Shown here in pieces: positions 23,993-37,000 of a DNA stretch of 64,000 bases. This DNA is from Chiloscyllium plagiosum (lineage: Eukaryota), in assembly GCF_004010195.1 (NCBI RefSeq), contig NC_057711.1, positions 79,026,500 through 79,090,499 of the forward strand, given 5' to 3'. The notes under the pieces are model-generated. The model was not told the origin of the DNA and ran no database searches. It saw nothing but the letters and a program-made list of their open reading frames with translations. Positions within the stretch are counted from its first letter, which is position 1; each line of letters begins with the position of its first letter. Both the position numbers and the translations under genes were made by a program.

Positions 23993-26116
23993 AAAATATA
24001 CCAGTGCAGCACCGCAGGGAAAGGTTAAAGTGATTAGTATAGATGCATTGAAGGAGGTGATAGCCAAACATATTTTGGAGAAGAGAATAGATAAGGAAAG
24101 ATATGAGGAAGCTCAAGTAGAGTGTGAGTTTGTTGGGTCAAATGGTCCATTTCTGTGTTATAAATCCTTTGAAGTTCTATATAGCCATATATAGCTTTGT
24201 TGGTGTGGCTCATGACAAATTGCTGTTTTATGATAATAGTACTGTCATACCATATTTTATATAATGATTTCATCACAAGCATTTTGTAACACTGATTCGT
24301 GTTGTTGCTTATTCCAGGTATTTTATTTTGGCTGATTAATTTCCTGCTAGAAACCTCAAGTTTATACTTTTTAAAAACATTTGTAGCACCACACAATCTG
24401 AGAAATAAATCAAACAATGAAGTGAATCTTTATTTAAATGATTAACTTATTCCTGACTTATGCAAGCCTCAAAGGTGAGAAGCTGTATTAAATAATTTGT
24501 ACATTTGCTATTATTGAACTGCTAAAATATAGTAAAATAGAGTGAGATGAGTCACTGGAAGAGATAAAAAATTATCTTGAGATGTGGGCATGACCAGGGA
24601 GCACATTCATGAGATTGTGTATCTGCCGTGCTGTGGACTTTCCCAAAGGATAATAAGACGGCTCAGAAGTTGAGTTTTAGGCAGCTGGCTATTTCGGAGT
24701 TCACTCACCTGAAAATTTCTCATGAGCTTAGTAATCCAGCTTCAAAATGTTACCATCTTTAGGGATATTAACAGAATTTAAAACAGATTTAGCTACCGGA
24801 AGAAGACATTTATTTTTATAATAACAAACCTGCCAGGCATAGATGCACACAGCTGGAATCATCTGTCTCGATGACCTTCGAGAGTTGGCAGTAATTTGCC
24901 TCGTGTATATGTGGATGCATTTGGAATGTTGCGAAATTCTACACAATGAAGTTATGATTGTGTCCGATCAGAGTGGTAACTTGGATGATGAGAGTAGTGT
25001 TGGTGCACGTATTACTCAAGATAATACTTTTATTTTGAAAAGAATGGACTGACAACTTGAGTGTGTGCTGAAATGTATTATGTCTATGTAACAGGACGTC
25101 AGATACACAGAATGAAACATAATGAGTTAATCTTCTTGCTTCAAATGCTTTCGATATCAATGTATTGTTACAGAGCATTTAAGCAGAATTTCCCTTTAGA
25201 CAATCACATGGACATTACTGACCATTTATGGTCTGAAAAAGGAGTGGATTTGGTGGGCCAATAACCTTTTCTTATTTCATGTGTTCTTATATAAATGGAC
25301 ATTTTAAGGACATACAAAATGTTTACTTTCTTAATGTATCTTATATTCAAAGATCCAAAGTTCCAAAGTTACACATCTCATAGAGTCATAGAGATATACA
25401 GCATGGAAACAAACCCTTCAGTCCAACCCGTCCATGCCGACCAGATATCCCAACCCAATCTAGTCCCACCTGCCAGCACCTGGCCCATATCCCTCCAAAC
25501 CCTTCCTATTCATGTACCCATCCAAATGCCTTTTAAATGTTGCAATTGTAGCAGCCTCCACCACTTCCTGTGGCAGCTCATTTCATACACGTACCACTCT
25601 GAGTGAAAAAGTTGCCCCATAGGTCTCTTTTATATCTTTCCCCTCCCGCCCTAAACCTATGCCCTCTAGTTCTGGACTGCCCAACACCAGGGAAAAGACT
25701 TTGCCTATTTATCCTATCCACGCCCCTCATAATTTTGTAAACCTAGATAAGGTTACCCCTCAGCCTCCGACGGTCCAGGGAAAACAGCCCCAGCCTGTTC
25801 AGCCTCTCCCTATAGATCAAATCCTCCAACCGTGGCAACATCCTTGTAAATTTTTTCTGAATCCTTTCCAGTTTCGCAACATCTTTCCAATAGGAAGGAG
25901 ACCAGAATTGCACACAATGTTCCAACAGTGGCCTAACCAATGTTCTGTACAGCCGTAACATGACCTTTCAACTCCTGTACTCAATGCTCTGACCAATAAA
26001 GGAAAGCATACCAAACGTCCTCTTCACTATCCTATCTACTTGCGACTCCACTTTCAAGGAGCTATGAACCTGCACTCCAAGGTCTCTTTGTTCAGCAACA
26101 CTCCCTAGGACCTTAC

Positions 26117-26225
26117 NNNNNNNNNNNNNNNNNNNNNNNNNNNNNNNNNNNNNNNNNNNNNNNNNNNNNNNNNNNNNNNNNNNNNNNNNNNNNNNNNNNN
26201 NNNNNNNNNNNNNNNNNNNNNNNNN
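26117..26225. other. Assembly gap (109 N)
   Basis: Run of N. Confidence 1.
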
Positions 26226-26641
26226 CCCTCTATCTTCTACCTTTGAGCCAGTTTTGTATCCAAATGGCTAGTTCTCCCTGTATTCCGTGAGATCTAACCT
26301 TGCTAATCAGTCTCCCATGGGGAACTTTGTCAAACGCCTTACTGAAGTCCATATAGATCACATCTACCGCTCTGCCCTCATCAATCCTCTTTGTTACTTC
26401 TTCAAAAAACTCAATCAAGTTTGCGAGATGATTTCCCATGCACAAAACCATGTTGACTATCTCTAATCATTCCTTGCCTTTCCAAATGCATGTACACCCT
26501 GTCCCTCAGGATTCCGTCCAACAACTTGCCCACCACCGACGTCAGGCTCACTGGTCTATACTTCCCTGGCCTGTCCTTACCGCCCTTCTTAAACAGTGGC
26601 ACCACATTTGCCAACCTCCAGTCTTCCGGTACCTCACCTGT

Positions 26642-26704
26642 TGGACTTGTTGGGCCGAAGGGCCTGTTTCCACACTGTAAGTAATCTAATCTAAAAAAAA
26701 AAAA
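26642..26704 (+). mobile_element. HE1 SINE 3' tail fragment inside CR1
   Basis: tggacttgttgggccgaagggcctgtttccacactgtaagtaatctaatct plus A-run, near-identical to 12764-12815. Confidence 0.9.
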
Positions 26705-28014
26705 ATATCTCAGCAAGAGGCCCAGCAATCACTTCTCTAGCTTCCCACAGAGTTCCCGGGTACTCCTGATCAGGTCCTGGTGATTTTTCCACTGTTACCC
26801 GTTTCAAGACACCCAGCACTTCCTCCTCTGTAATATGAACATTTTGCAAGATGTCACCATCTATTTCCCTACAGTCTATATCCTTTTCCACAGTAAATCC
26901 TGATGCAAAATACTCATTTAGTATCTCCCCCATTTTCTGCGGCTCCACACAAAGGCAGCCTTGCTGATCTTTGCGGGGTCCTATTCTCTCCCTAATTACC
27001 CTTTTGTCCTTAATGTACTTGTAAAAACCCTTTGGATTCTCCTTAATTCTATTTGCCAAGGCTATCTTATGTCCCCTTTTTGCCCTCCTGATTTCCCTCT
27101 TAAGTATACTCCTATTTCCTTTATACTCTTCTAAGGATTCACTCGATCTATCCTGTCTATACCTTACATATGCTTCCTTCTTTTTCTTAACCAAACCCTC
27201 AATTTCTTTAGTTATCCAGCATTCCTCTACCTTTCCTTCCACCCTAACAGGAATATACTTTTTCTGGATTCTCGTTATTTCATTTCTGAAGGCTTCCCAT
27301 TTTCCAGCCATCCCTTAACCTGCGAACATTTGCCCCCAATCAGCTTTCGAAAGTTCTTGCCTAATCCCGTCAAAATTTGCCTTTCTCCAATTTAGAACTT
27401 CAACTACTAGATCTGGTCTATCCTTTTCCATCATTATTTTAAATCTAATAGAATTATGGTCGCTGGCCCCTCAGTGCTCCCCCACTGACACCTCAGTCAC
27501 CTGCCCTGCCTTATTTCCCAAGAGTAAGTCATGTTTTGCACCTGCTCTAGTAGGTACATCCACATACTGAATAATAAAATTGTCTTGTATACACTTAACA
27601 AATTCCTCTCCATCTAAACCCTTAGCACTATGGCAGGCCCAGTCTATGTTTGGAAAGTTAAAATCCCCTACCATAACCACCCTGTTTTTCTTACGGACAG
27701 CTGAGATCTCCTTACAAGTTTGTTTCTCAATTTCCCTCTGACTATTTAGGGCCACAGTTCAATTTAAAATTTGATCCAAGTATGGTAAATATTATACTAT
27801 TCCACTCACTGGACTTGAAATGTCAACTGTGCTTTCTCTCTGTAGGTGCTGCTAGATCGACTGAATTTCACTAGAAATTTCTGTTTTTGTTTCAGATCTT
27901 CAGCATTGACAGTGCTTTGTTTTACTTTAGTGGTGCATTAGAAATTGCAGAACAGAAAACCGAACGAATTGATTAGATCGAATATAAAAGCTGAAGCTTC
28001 GGGTTGCTATGGAG

Positions 28015-28280
28015 CAGGTAAGTTGTGGACTGAGATATGGAGAAATTTCTTCACTCAGAGGTTGGTGAACCTGCAGAATTCTCTACTAGTGAAAGTTGTG
28101 GGTGCTACATCACTGAATACATTTTAGAAAAATGTAAGTCATATTCAGAAGCTAAAGATACCAACTGGTATGGGGAGAGAGAGGGAGTATGGCATTGAGG
28201 TAGAGGACCAGCCATGATCGTGTTAAATGGAGAGCAGTTTCGATAGGCTGAATGGCTTACTCCTGCTCTTATTTTCTTTG
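28015..28280 (+). mobile_element. CR1 3' end
   Basis: EIWRNFFTQRLVNLQNSL; gctgaatggcttactcctgct stem-loop region. Confidence 0.85.
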
Positions 28281-29428
28281 AAAGATAGCCAAGGGCTGAC
28301 ATTTGGAACAAAGACATAGGAGCATCGTCCTGGCACAACTTATTTTGAAGGAGTGAATTTGAAAAAAAAATGAAGGTGAGGACAGCGAGAAATTGCATAG
28401 GGTAGACAGTATTGAGATTAGAGTGGTGCTGGATTCTCTACAAGAATCTCAGAGTCCCTCTCCCATTTCAACTCCCAGGTCATTTCCTCTGCCCTGAAGC
28501 TATTCAACCATGTCCTGAAACAAACTCGCTACCACAGCCACATTTGCTTCCTCAGTGCCTGCCTCCATAACCAACTCATCCCACATGGATTCCGGACCAC
28601 CTTTAAACCAGCAGAGTTCGGAACCAAACAGGACAAACAGTACAGACTACAGATTCACAACCACCAGCAACAGTTCTCCTTCAAGATCCTCTGCTCCACG
28701 CTTGCAGCAATGCGCCGGCACCTAACCTCTCTACAGTCAGCCCTGCCTCAGCTGAGGGCCACACTCTCTCAGAATTGCAAAGGACCCCTTCTGTACTACA
28801 TCCTCAGGAGAATTCATACTCTCAACAAACAGTATTTCAACTCCATCTCACCAAAAACTGTAAGTACAACAAATTTTTATCTACCCAGCTCCATAACCAG
28901 CGCTCCTCAAACGTTCCAGAAGATTCTCCCAGCCTCTGGAACTGCTCGACTGCCATGAGCCATGCGGCTCATGCAGCCACCATCCCCACGCTGATTGATG
29001 ATGTCACTTCTGCCCCCATCATGGCTACTTCTGCCCCTCACAATTTCTCATGCACCACATGTGACATCACTTCCGCCCCTCACACCATCGCTGATGTCAC
29101 ACGCTAAGTGACTTCCGCCCCCCCACTGCCATGTTTGTCACCACTTCCGCCCCCACCAACGCCACTCACCTGCATTCTGCTGACATGCCCCCCAGAGATC
29201 CCATTGTCACCATCCCCGCACCCCAGAACCCTGAGGGGAACACCACCCCTGCTCATGACTCCACCCCCATTCCCCCCACCATCTCATCCACTCCAGTTAC
29301 CAGCTGCGCCCCCACTCCCAGCTCCACACCCACACCAGATCCCAGCTCCCAGCCCTGCCGAGTTTTCACCATTCCCCCTGACCTCCCCCTCACTGAGGAC
29401 GAACGATCAGTCCTCAGCAAAGGACTCA

Positions 29429-29798
29429 NNNNNNNNNNNNNNNNNNNNNNNNNNNNNNNNNNNNNNNNNNNNNNNNNNNNNNNNNNNNNNNNNNNNNNNN
29501 NNNNNNNNNNNNNNNNNNNNNNNNNNNNNNNNNNNNNNNNNNNNNNNNNNNNNNNNNNNNNNNNNNNNNNNNNNNNNNNNNNNNNNNNNNNNNNNNNNNN
29601 NNNNNNNNNNNNNNNNNNNNNNNNNNNNNNNNNNNNNNNNNNNNNNNNNNNNNNNNNNNNNNNNNNNNNNNNNNNNNNNNNNNNNNNNNNNNNNNNNNNN
29701 NNNNNNNNNNNNNNNNNNNNNNNNNNNNNNNNNNNNNNNNNNNNNNNNNNNNNNNNNNNNNNNNNNNNNNNNNNNNNNNNNNNNNNNNNNNNNNNNNN
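29429..29798. other. Assembly gap (370 N)
   Basis: Run of N. Confidence 1.
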
Positions 29799-31390
29799 TC
29801 ACTAAACCATCATCTCCCAGACCATACACAACCTCATCACCTCAGGATATCTCCCACCCACAGCTTCCAACCTCATAGTCCGGGAACCCTGCACTGCCCG
29901 GTTCTACCTCCTTCCCAAGATCCACAAGCCTGACCACCCTGGCCGACCCATTGTCTCAGCATGCTCCTGCCCCACTGAACTCATCTCTACCTACCTCGAC
30001 ACTGTCCTATCCCCCCAGTCCAGGAACTTCCCACATAAGTTCGAGACACCACCCACGCCCTCCACCTCCTCCAAGGCTTCCCTTTCTCTGGCCCCCAACG
30101 CCTCATCTTCACCATGGATATCCAATCCCTCTACACCTCCATCCGCCATGACCACGGCCTCTAAGCCCTCCATTTCTTCCTGTCCCGACGTCCCCAACAG
30201 TACCCTTACACCGACATTCTCATTTGTCTGGCCGAACTGGTCCTCATCCTTAACAATTTCTCCTTCGAATCCTCCCACCTCCTCCAGACCAAAGCGGTAG
30301 CCATGGGCACCCATATGGGCCCCAGCTATGCCTGTCTCCTTGTTGGCTACGTAGAACAGTTGATCTTCCGTAATTACACTGGCACCACTCCCCACCTCTT
30401 CCTCCGCTACATTGATGACTGCATTGGCGCCACCTTGTGCTCCCGCGAGGAGGTTGAGCAATTCAACAACTTCACCAACACATTCCACCCTGACCTTAAA
30501 TTTACCTGGACCATCTCTGACACCACCCTCCCCTTCCTGGACCTCTCCATCTCCATTAATGATGACCGACTTGACACTGACATTTTTTACAAACCCACCG
30601 ACTCCCACAGCTACCTGGATTACACCTCTTCCCACTACCTCCTGCAAAAACGCCATCCTGTATTCCCAATTCCTCCGCCTCTGCCATATTTACTCCCAGG
30701 AAAACTAGTTCAACCACAGAACACACCAGATGGCCTCCTTCTTTAGAGACCGCAATTTCCCTTCCCACGTGGTTAAAGATGCCCTCCAATGCATCTCATC
30801 CACATCCCGTACCTCCGCCCTCAGACCCACCCCTCCAACCGTAACAAGGACAGAATGCCCCGGTGCTCACCTTCCACCTTATCAACCTTAGCATAAACCA
30901 AATCATCTGCCAACATTTCTGCCACCTCCAAACAGACCCCACCACCAGGGATATATTTCCCTCCCCACCCCTTTCCGCCTTCCGCAAAGACCGTTCCCTC
31001 CGTGACTACCTGGTCAGGTCCACGCTCCCCTACAACCCACCCTCCAATCCTGTCACCTTCCCCTGCCACCGCAGGAATTGCAAAACCTGTGCCCACACCT
31101 CCTCCCTCACCTCCATCCAAAGCCCTAAAGGAACCTTTCACATCCATCAAAGTTTTACCTGCACATCCACCAATATCATTTATTGTATCCGTTGATCCCG
31201 ATGCGGTCTCCTCTACATTGGTGAGAGTGGACGCCTCCTAGCAGAGTGATTAGGGAACATCTCTGGGACACCCGTAGCAATCAACCACACCGCCCTGTGG
31301 CCCAACATTTCCACTCTGCCGAGGACATGGAGGTCCTGGGCCTCCTTCACCGCCGCTCCCTCACCACCAGACATCAGGCTCTCTGCCTGT

Positions 31391-31425
31391 ATCCCTGATG
31401 AAGGGCTTTTGCCCGAAACGTCGAT
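31391..31425 (+). ncRNA. Minimal type-I hammerhead ribozyme motif (family A)
   Basis: CUGAUGA (31395-31401), A, GGGC-UUUU-GCCC, GAAA (31415-31418), CGUC; ACGU palindrome; stem I weak. Confidence 0.7.
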
Positions 31426-31799
31426 TTTCCTGCTCCTCGGATGCTGCCTGAACTACTGTGCTTTTCCAGCACCACTCAAATCCAGAATCTGGTTTCCAGC
31501 ATCTGCTGTCATTGTTTTTACCTCGATAATATTGAGATGTGGGCAGAAGAAGGAAGACATGCCAACAGCTCCATTCAAGCTACAGTGATAACAAAGGATT
31601 ACATAACCACTTTATGCCATTTAGAGTGGGTATCCAAGATCACTAAAAGAATTAGTTGCTCGATTGGTTCCCACAAAGTTAATATGAATCTGCTGCCACA
31701 GCTGCATGCCTTCTATATTAATGCACAGGATTTGCACAATCCTGTTTTCTCCTCAATCTGGAAGTGTTCCTGGCTATTTTCTTCATTTACGCCATGACG

Positions 31800-34040
31800 G
31801 GGTGCCCTTGGTGCTCTGGTTCCACCAGTTTTTACCTTAATGGGGAAAGATAACAACTCTCATTCCCCACATTAAATACTCATCTGATATGGACAATTCC
31901 CAACTCCTGGACAGGTAAAGGCGTAATTCTGGGCTGTTTCTATGACAAGTCTTTCTCCTCCAGACTAAGTCCACTAATAGGCTCAAGACTGGGTCATTCC
32001 AGGTAACATTCTGCACCTGATTTGCCGACACTGGTACCTTTTCTTCCTGGGGAAAAGTAGGTTTTCAGGTTCCAGTCAGGAACATTGTTATTCCTTGGTA
32101 GTAGTAACCTTGTCAAAACATCTGCATTGCTGCGCTTCTCCGAATGTCGGTATCTGTTTTCATATGAGTGAGCTGTCAGAACCAATGCCCATCTCTGCAG
32201 GTGTGCTGCTGCCATCGACAATATCCCCATATATGGGCTAAAAATACAGGTTAGCGGCATGTGGTCCGTCAGCAGCACCAAGTGCCTGCCATAAAGAAAT
32301 GGGTGAACGACTGAACACTGAACACAATTTCCTTTTCCACTTGGGCATATTTCTCCTCCATCTTTGTTAGAGACTTCAATGTGTACACAATGTGCCTTTC
32401 CTCTCTGTTGGGTAAGATGTGTAACGTGCAACACTCAGCCAATAAGGCCAGGTGTCATGCGCCAACTGCAGGGGCAACTTTGGGTGGAAATGAGTCAACA
32501 CTTCCGACCGTTTTAAGGCTTGCTTCACTACCTGGTAAGCTTCCTCACATTCCTGAGTCCATTTCCATGGTCACCCTTTTCCCAGTAACTAATGCATGGT
32601 TGTGAGATCAGATACAAACTTGCCATAAGACACAAGAACAATCTCAATTGAGACACATTCTCTGGGTCTAGGGACTTCCATGACAGCCTCTGTCTTCTAC
32701 GGTGCCTTACTATTGATTACATGGCCCAGGTATGTAAAAAAAAACTTGCATATCCACTTTCTTACTTGTAGACTGTGCTCTGACATCCTTTTTTGGGTTT
32801 ATTTCAGGTTGGAGGTGCGAGCTATGAGGAGAGATTGAGTAGATTAGGATTATTTTCATTGGAAAGAAGGAGGTTGAGGGGGGACCTGATTGAGGCCGAC
32901 AAAATTATGAGAGGTGTAGACAGGGTGGATAACAAGAACATTTTTCCCAGAGTGGGGGACTCAATTACTAGGGGTCACGAGTTCAAAGTAAGGGGGGAAA
33001 AGTTTAGGGGAGATATACAAGGAAAGTTCTTCACGCAGAGGATGGTGAGTGCCTGGAATGCATTTACAGTGGAGGTAGTAGGGCAGGAATGATAGCATCA
33101 TTTAAGATGTATCTAGACAGATACACGAATGGACAGGGAGCAGAGGGATATGGATCCTTAGAAAATAGGCAGCAGATTTAGATAGAGGATATGGATTGAC
33201 ACAGGCTTGGAGGGTTGAGGGGCCCGTCCTGAGCTGTAATGTTCTTTGTTCTTTGTAATTGCTATCCTCTGCATTGTTAATTGTGTTAATTTCATGTTCA
33301 TTACACTTGCCTTTATTTCTTGTATTATATTTAACTTTTTGTATTAAAATAAACACAGAGATGTTTTGCCCTAAAACACCTGTCTACTGCCTTCTTCACT
33401 TCACATGTCCTAAATAATTTCACTGTCAGAACCAGGGATCTGAAGGTGATTCCAACACCTAAAATCAGCAAATAATTGATGACAAACCAGAACCCTACAA
33501 TATCAAAACATCCGGTGTACAGAATCCAACTTTCTGTTTCTTTGTCAATCATTCCCATTGCTTCAAATTGGCCTGCCATTTTGTTTCTCCACTGGTAAGA
33601 CTTTTTCCCATCACTTGAGTTGAGAAGTTCACAACCAAAGTCCCCTTAGTGAATGCAGTCCGCCCCAGCCACTCCTCCACTGATCGCATTAGCATACCTT
33701 TCTTCCCTGATGTTGCCCACAACTGGGTCTCCCCACAACCACGCTCTGCGAGACTTTGGTAGCTTCTGAGTGAGTACTCCCCTCCTCCGGTGTCAACCAG
33801 AGCCTAAGCCCCCTTGTGATTGCTTCCATTGATGTTATCTCTATAATCCTGCACTCTTTTCCAAGTCTGGGTGACGTCCTTCCATCCCCAAAAAATGGCG
33901 TTCGCATATAATTTCTGGGCTGGATCTCACCCTCATCACCAGTTATGGTGTTTGTGGTTCACCAGAGTCATAAATAGAACACAAGGGAGGTAGAGGATAA
34001 CCGAGAACAGGGAATACTTTATTGTGTGCCCTCCTAGCTC
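31800..34040 (-). mobile_element. Internally deleted Gypsy element (LTR end, PBS, gag N-terminus, RNase H)
   Basis: FLYGRHLVLLTDHMPL..LQRWAL..NADVLTRL (RNase H); MAGQFEAMGMIDKETESWILY (gag start); PBS-like tggtgatgagg at 33931-33941; aataaa at ~34018-34023 on minus. Confidence 0.8.
32808..33255 (+). mobile_element. CR1 3' end nested in the Gypsy remnant
   Basis: SYEERLSRLGLFSLERRRLRGDLIE..TRGHEFK..FFTQRMV; gttcttt tail repeats. Confidence 0.92.
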
Positions 34041-34329
34041 CACCGTCAGTTTTTAGACTGCCTACTTTGTTCCCATCTCTGGGTCACTTGACCTGCTCTT
34101 TTAATGGGGCAATATACTGTACTCTCAACCACATAAGTAACAGCCACGGCAATTTAACTGTGAATATTGCAAACAGCGTATGCATTAAAACCTTTGAGAG
34201 GCCAAAAGTGGAAGTAGGATAATTCAAACAGAGAAAAGTCAGTCTCCATTTGTGCAGCATGTTTAAAATAAGTCATTTAGGTATTACTTAGGCAACATTG
34301 TTGGCACAATGACTAATGTTGCAATTTTC

Positions 34330-35258
34330 TGTAGGTAAGGCTGCAAGTAAGGGTGCCCCAAGGCATGGTACATTAGCGAGACCGAGTAGAGGCTATGGCA
34401 ATGGATGATTGGACACCGCACAGCAATCAGCAGACAGGAGTCTTCCCTCCCAGTCAGAGAACACTTCAGTGGTCCAGGACATTCGACCTCGGACCTTTGG
34501 GTGACCATCCTCCAAGACGGACTTTGGGACAGGCAACAACGCAAAGTGGCTGAGCAGTGGCTGACAGCTAACTTTGTGCACACACACACGCGCACACACA
34601 CACACACTCACGCAGACCCTCTCACACACAAGCTCTCTCTCATACGCTCACACATACACACCCACACTCACACCCACGCACACCCTCTCGCAGACTTATA
34701 CCCCTTTACATTCACACTCATACACATGCACACACTCTCTCACAGAAACTTATAACTACCCCCTGTACACACACACCCATATTCGTTTGTTGGGTGAATT
34801 TGTACTTGCAGAATTACATTTTGTTACAGTGCATGAATTATATTTTGTTACATTACATGAATCCATGTAAGATTCTGTAAATTCCTTTTTTAGAAATAGA
34901 ATCAATCTGAACGTTGGGGCACAGACAGCTTCACACAGAGCACCTCATACCTTCAATACATTATCTGGGACGACATGGCACCTATTGTTAAAATTCACTT
35001 GAGAATGTAACTTTAAAAAAAAGTTCTGGGCTATACATTTGAAAGAACTGAAACCAACATAGTCATTCTAAAAGATGAGAGACTTAACAAACAATCCAGG
35101 TCTTTTTAAATACGTAATTTCATACTGTAAACTTATGCTATAAATTCTGTGTCTTACGATCTTACTCTCCAAAACCACATGATGAAGGAGCAGTGCTCTG
35201 AAAGGCAGTACATCTAAATAAACCTGTTGGGCTATAACCTGGTGATTTTTGACTTTAT
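34330..35258 (+). mobile_element. Penelope-like element family B: GIY-YIG end, CA-rich 3' region, pseudo-LTR with decayed hammerhead
   Basis: GCPKAWYISET..GHRTAI..LPVREHFSGPGHS..KVAEQWL; atgatgaaggagcagtgctctgaaa at ~35179-35203; homologous to 1-290. Confidence 0.85.
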
Positions 35259-35598
35259 AATGTAATGTTTAATTTTACTCAATGCTGTATTGTAATATCA
35301 GGGTCGATGGTCTTCCAGTCTGGGTCAAAATCCCGATTTTCAATTCAGTTCAGACAAAAGTTACTTTGTAATCACCTTCTTACCTTTTAACCTTTCAACC
35401 ATTTTAGGGCCCGACTTCCAAAGCATGATTCTTCCCAAAGATGCAATGCATTGAGCAAGGCATTCAGGACCCCAAAGAAGGGTTACATCCAAAAATGTTG
35501 ACTTTTTCACCTCCTGATGCTGCCTGGCTTCCTGTGTTCTTCTAGCCTCCTTCCTGTCTACCTTGGATTCCATCATGTGTAGTTTTTTTTTGTCTCTA

Positions 35599-35871
35599 TA
35601 TAGAATGCTGGAGCAACTTTACAATGATTCAGGAAACTGCGCTGAAATAACTCCACAGAGACTGGTATCCTGTCATCAATTTATTCACATATGGACAGTC
35701 CTTGGCACTAATCTATCTCCTTCAGTACCAGCTCTCAGAGTGAACAGAACCTCTGACACTCCTGTTTATTTCTGTAAGCCATGGCTCCCTGATTGGATCA
35801 GAGTTAGAGTCCGAAACAGGAAACTCATATTCTATAAAATTCACCTCGCTGACCTTGTTACAATCACTGCA
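35599..35871. mobile_element. Probable short solo LTR
   Basis: Decayed T(G)TAG...CT(A)CA termini, reverse AATAAA (tttatt), CCAAT-like gattgg; no clear TSD. Confidence 0.4.
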
Positions 35872-36116
35872 TGTACATCACTGAGTATAAATACTATAGG
35901 GTCAGTAGCTGTTAGAATGCACTGAAATGAGAAGATTACATTGTTAGTACAGTGCAATTCGAAGACACATGGATATGACTAAACAAAGAAGGTAGATTAA
36001 GTAGGTGGGTGAGTAGATATTTTGGCATATGTGTGAGGGGACAGTGTCAGGTGGGTAAGTTGGTTGGTGGACAGATGGGGGTAGGAGAGGTGTTAGATTA
36101 GAAGGTAGTTCATAAA

Positions 36117-36448
36117 TAATAGGATCCTGACAGTGCTGAAATAGGCCATTTGGTCTATCAAGTCCCCACTGTCCCTCCAAAAAGCATCCCACCCAGACCC
36201 AGCAACCCCCATCCCCATGACCCCACATTTACCATGATTAACCCACATAGCGTACACATCCCTGGACACTATGGGCAATTTAACATGGCCTTGATGTGCT
36301 CATCTTTGGATGTGGAAGGAAACTGAAGCACCTGGAAGAAACCCATACAAACATGGGGAGAACGTGTAACATCTATACAGACTGTCCCCTAGGCTGGAAT
36401 CAAACCAGTTTCCTGGCACTGTGAGGCAACAGTGCAAACCACTGAGCT
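36117..36448 (-). mobile_element. HE1-type SINE, diverged
   Basis: Reverse complement matches the HE1 head, V-domain and tail. Confidence 0.85.
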
Positions 36449-36669
36449 GAGGATGTAGGTGGCAGGTAAGTGAGTGAGAGTAAAGAAATGGGCCAGCTCC
36501 TGTGGCAGTTGAATTTTGGGAGGTTTGGTCAAATGTTGACGGGGTGGATATCGTGTCTTGGGAGAGTTTTCACATGTTGATGGAGGCACAGTTGAGTACC
36601 TGGTTCTGAGTTGGTGGGGGAAATGGCTGCTGGTGGGTCTCTTAGGGTGAGCATGCAATCGGATCTCTT

Positions 36670-37000
36670 TATTCATTCACAGGATGTGAACGTCACCGGC
36701 TAGGTCAGCACATATTGCCCATCCCTAAGTGCCCAGAGGGTGGTTCAGAGTCAACCATATTGCTGTGGGGCTGGAGTTCCATGTAGATCAAACCAGGTAA
36801 GGACAGAAATTTCTTTCCCTAAACGGCATTATTGAACCAGATAGGTTTTTCCTGAAAATTGGCAATGATTAATGGTCACCATTAGACTCTTAATTTAAGA
36901 TTTTTAATCAAATTCATATTCCACAATCTACTGTGTTGGGCTTAGAACCCAGATCCCCAATGCGTTACCCGGCTTTTAATAATCTATCAATAATGCCACC
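36670..37000 (-). mobile_element. tRNA-derived SINE, same family as 22545-22903
   Basis: attgcccatccctaa tail, gagtcaacc..gctggagttccatgtag core, attc tail repeats. Confidence 0.7.

Larger units (their letters stand above)
25378..27752 (-). mobile_element. HER1-type CR1, 5'-truncated in the APE endonuclease domain, frameshifted, contains a gap
   Basis: MVGDFNFPNIDW (APE), KSPGPD, YRPVSLTSVVGK, YMDFSKAFDKVPH (RT), LVRPLLEHCVQFWSP; catagagt tail. Confidence 0.97.
28419..31529 (+). mobile_element. Near full-length Penelope-like element (family A), ORF disrupted
   Basis: [49 protein letters not shown] (RT); NIIYCIR..CGLLYIGE (GIY-YIG); 3' pseudo-LTR with hammerhead; short inverted pseudo-LTR at the 5' end; possible TSD tattgagat at 28410-28418 and 31530-31538. 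Confidence 0.95.

Noticed and set aside
24709..24756. Minus-strand 48-nt exon with strong CAG|gtgagt donor
   Set aside because: All three frames contain stops and the acceptor is weak; a non-coding exon cannot be excluded.
27800..27930. Further hammerhead candidates in decayed pseudo-LTR fragments (also ~35470-35590, ~39440-39540, ~45620-45740)
   Set aside because: Pseudo-LTR ancestry is plausible, but the cores are too mutated to call ribozymes.
29108..29878. Long ORFs containing X runs
   Set aside because: Length comes from reading through the 370-N gap; the flanks belong to the Penelope ORF.
29991..30656. 221-aa minus-strand ORF
   Set aside because: Antisense shadow of the C-rich Penelope RT region.
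34393..34870. His/Thr-rich and Cys/Val-rich ORFs
   Set aside because: Translations of a degenerate (CA)n region within a Penelope 3' end.
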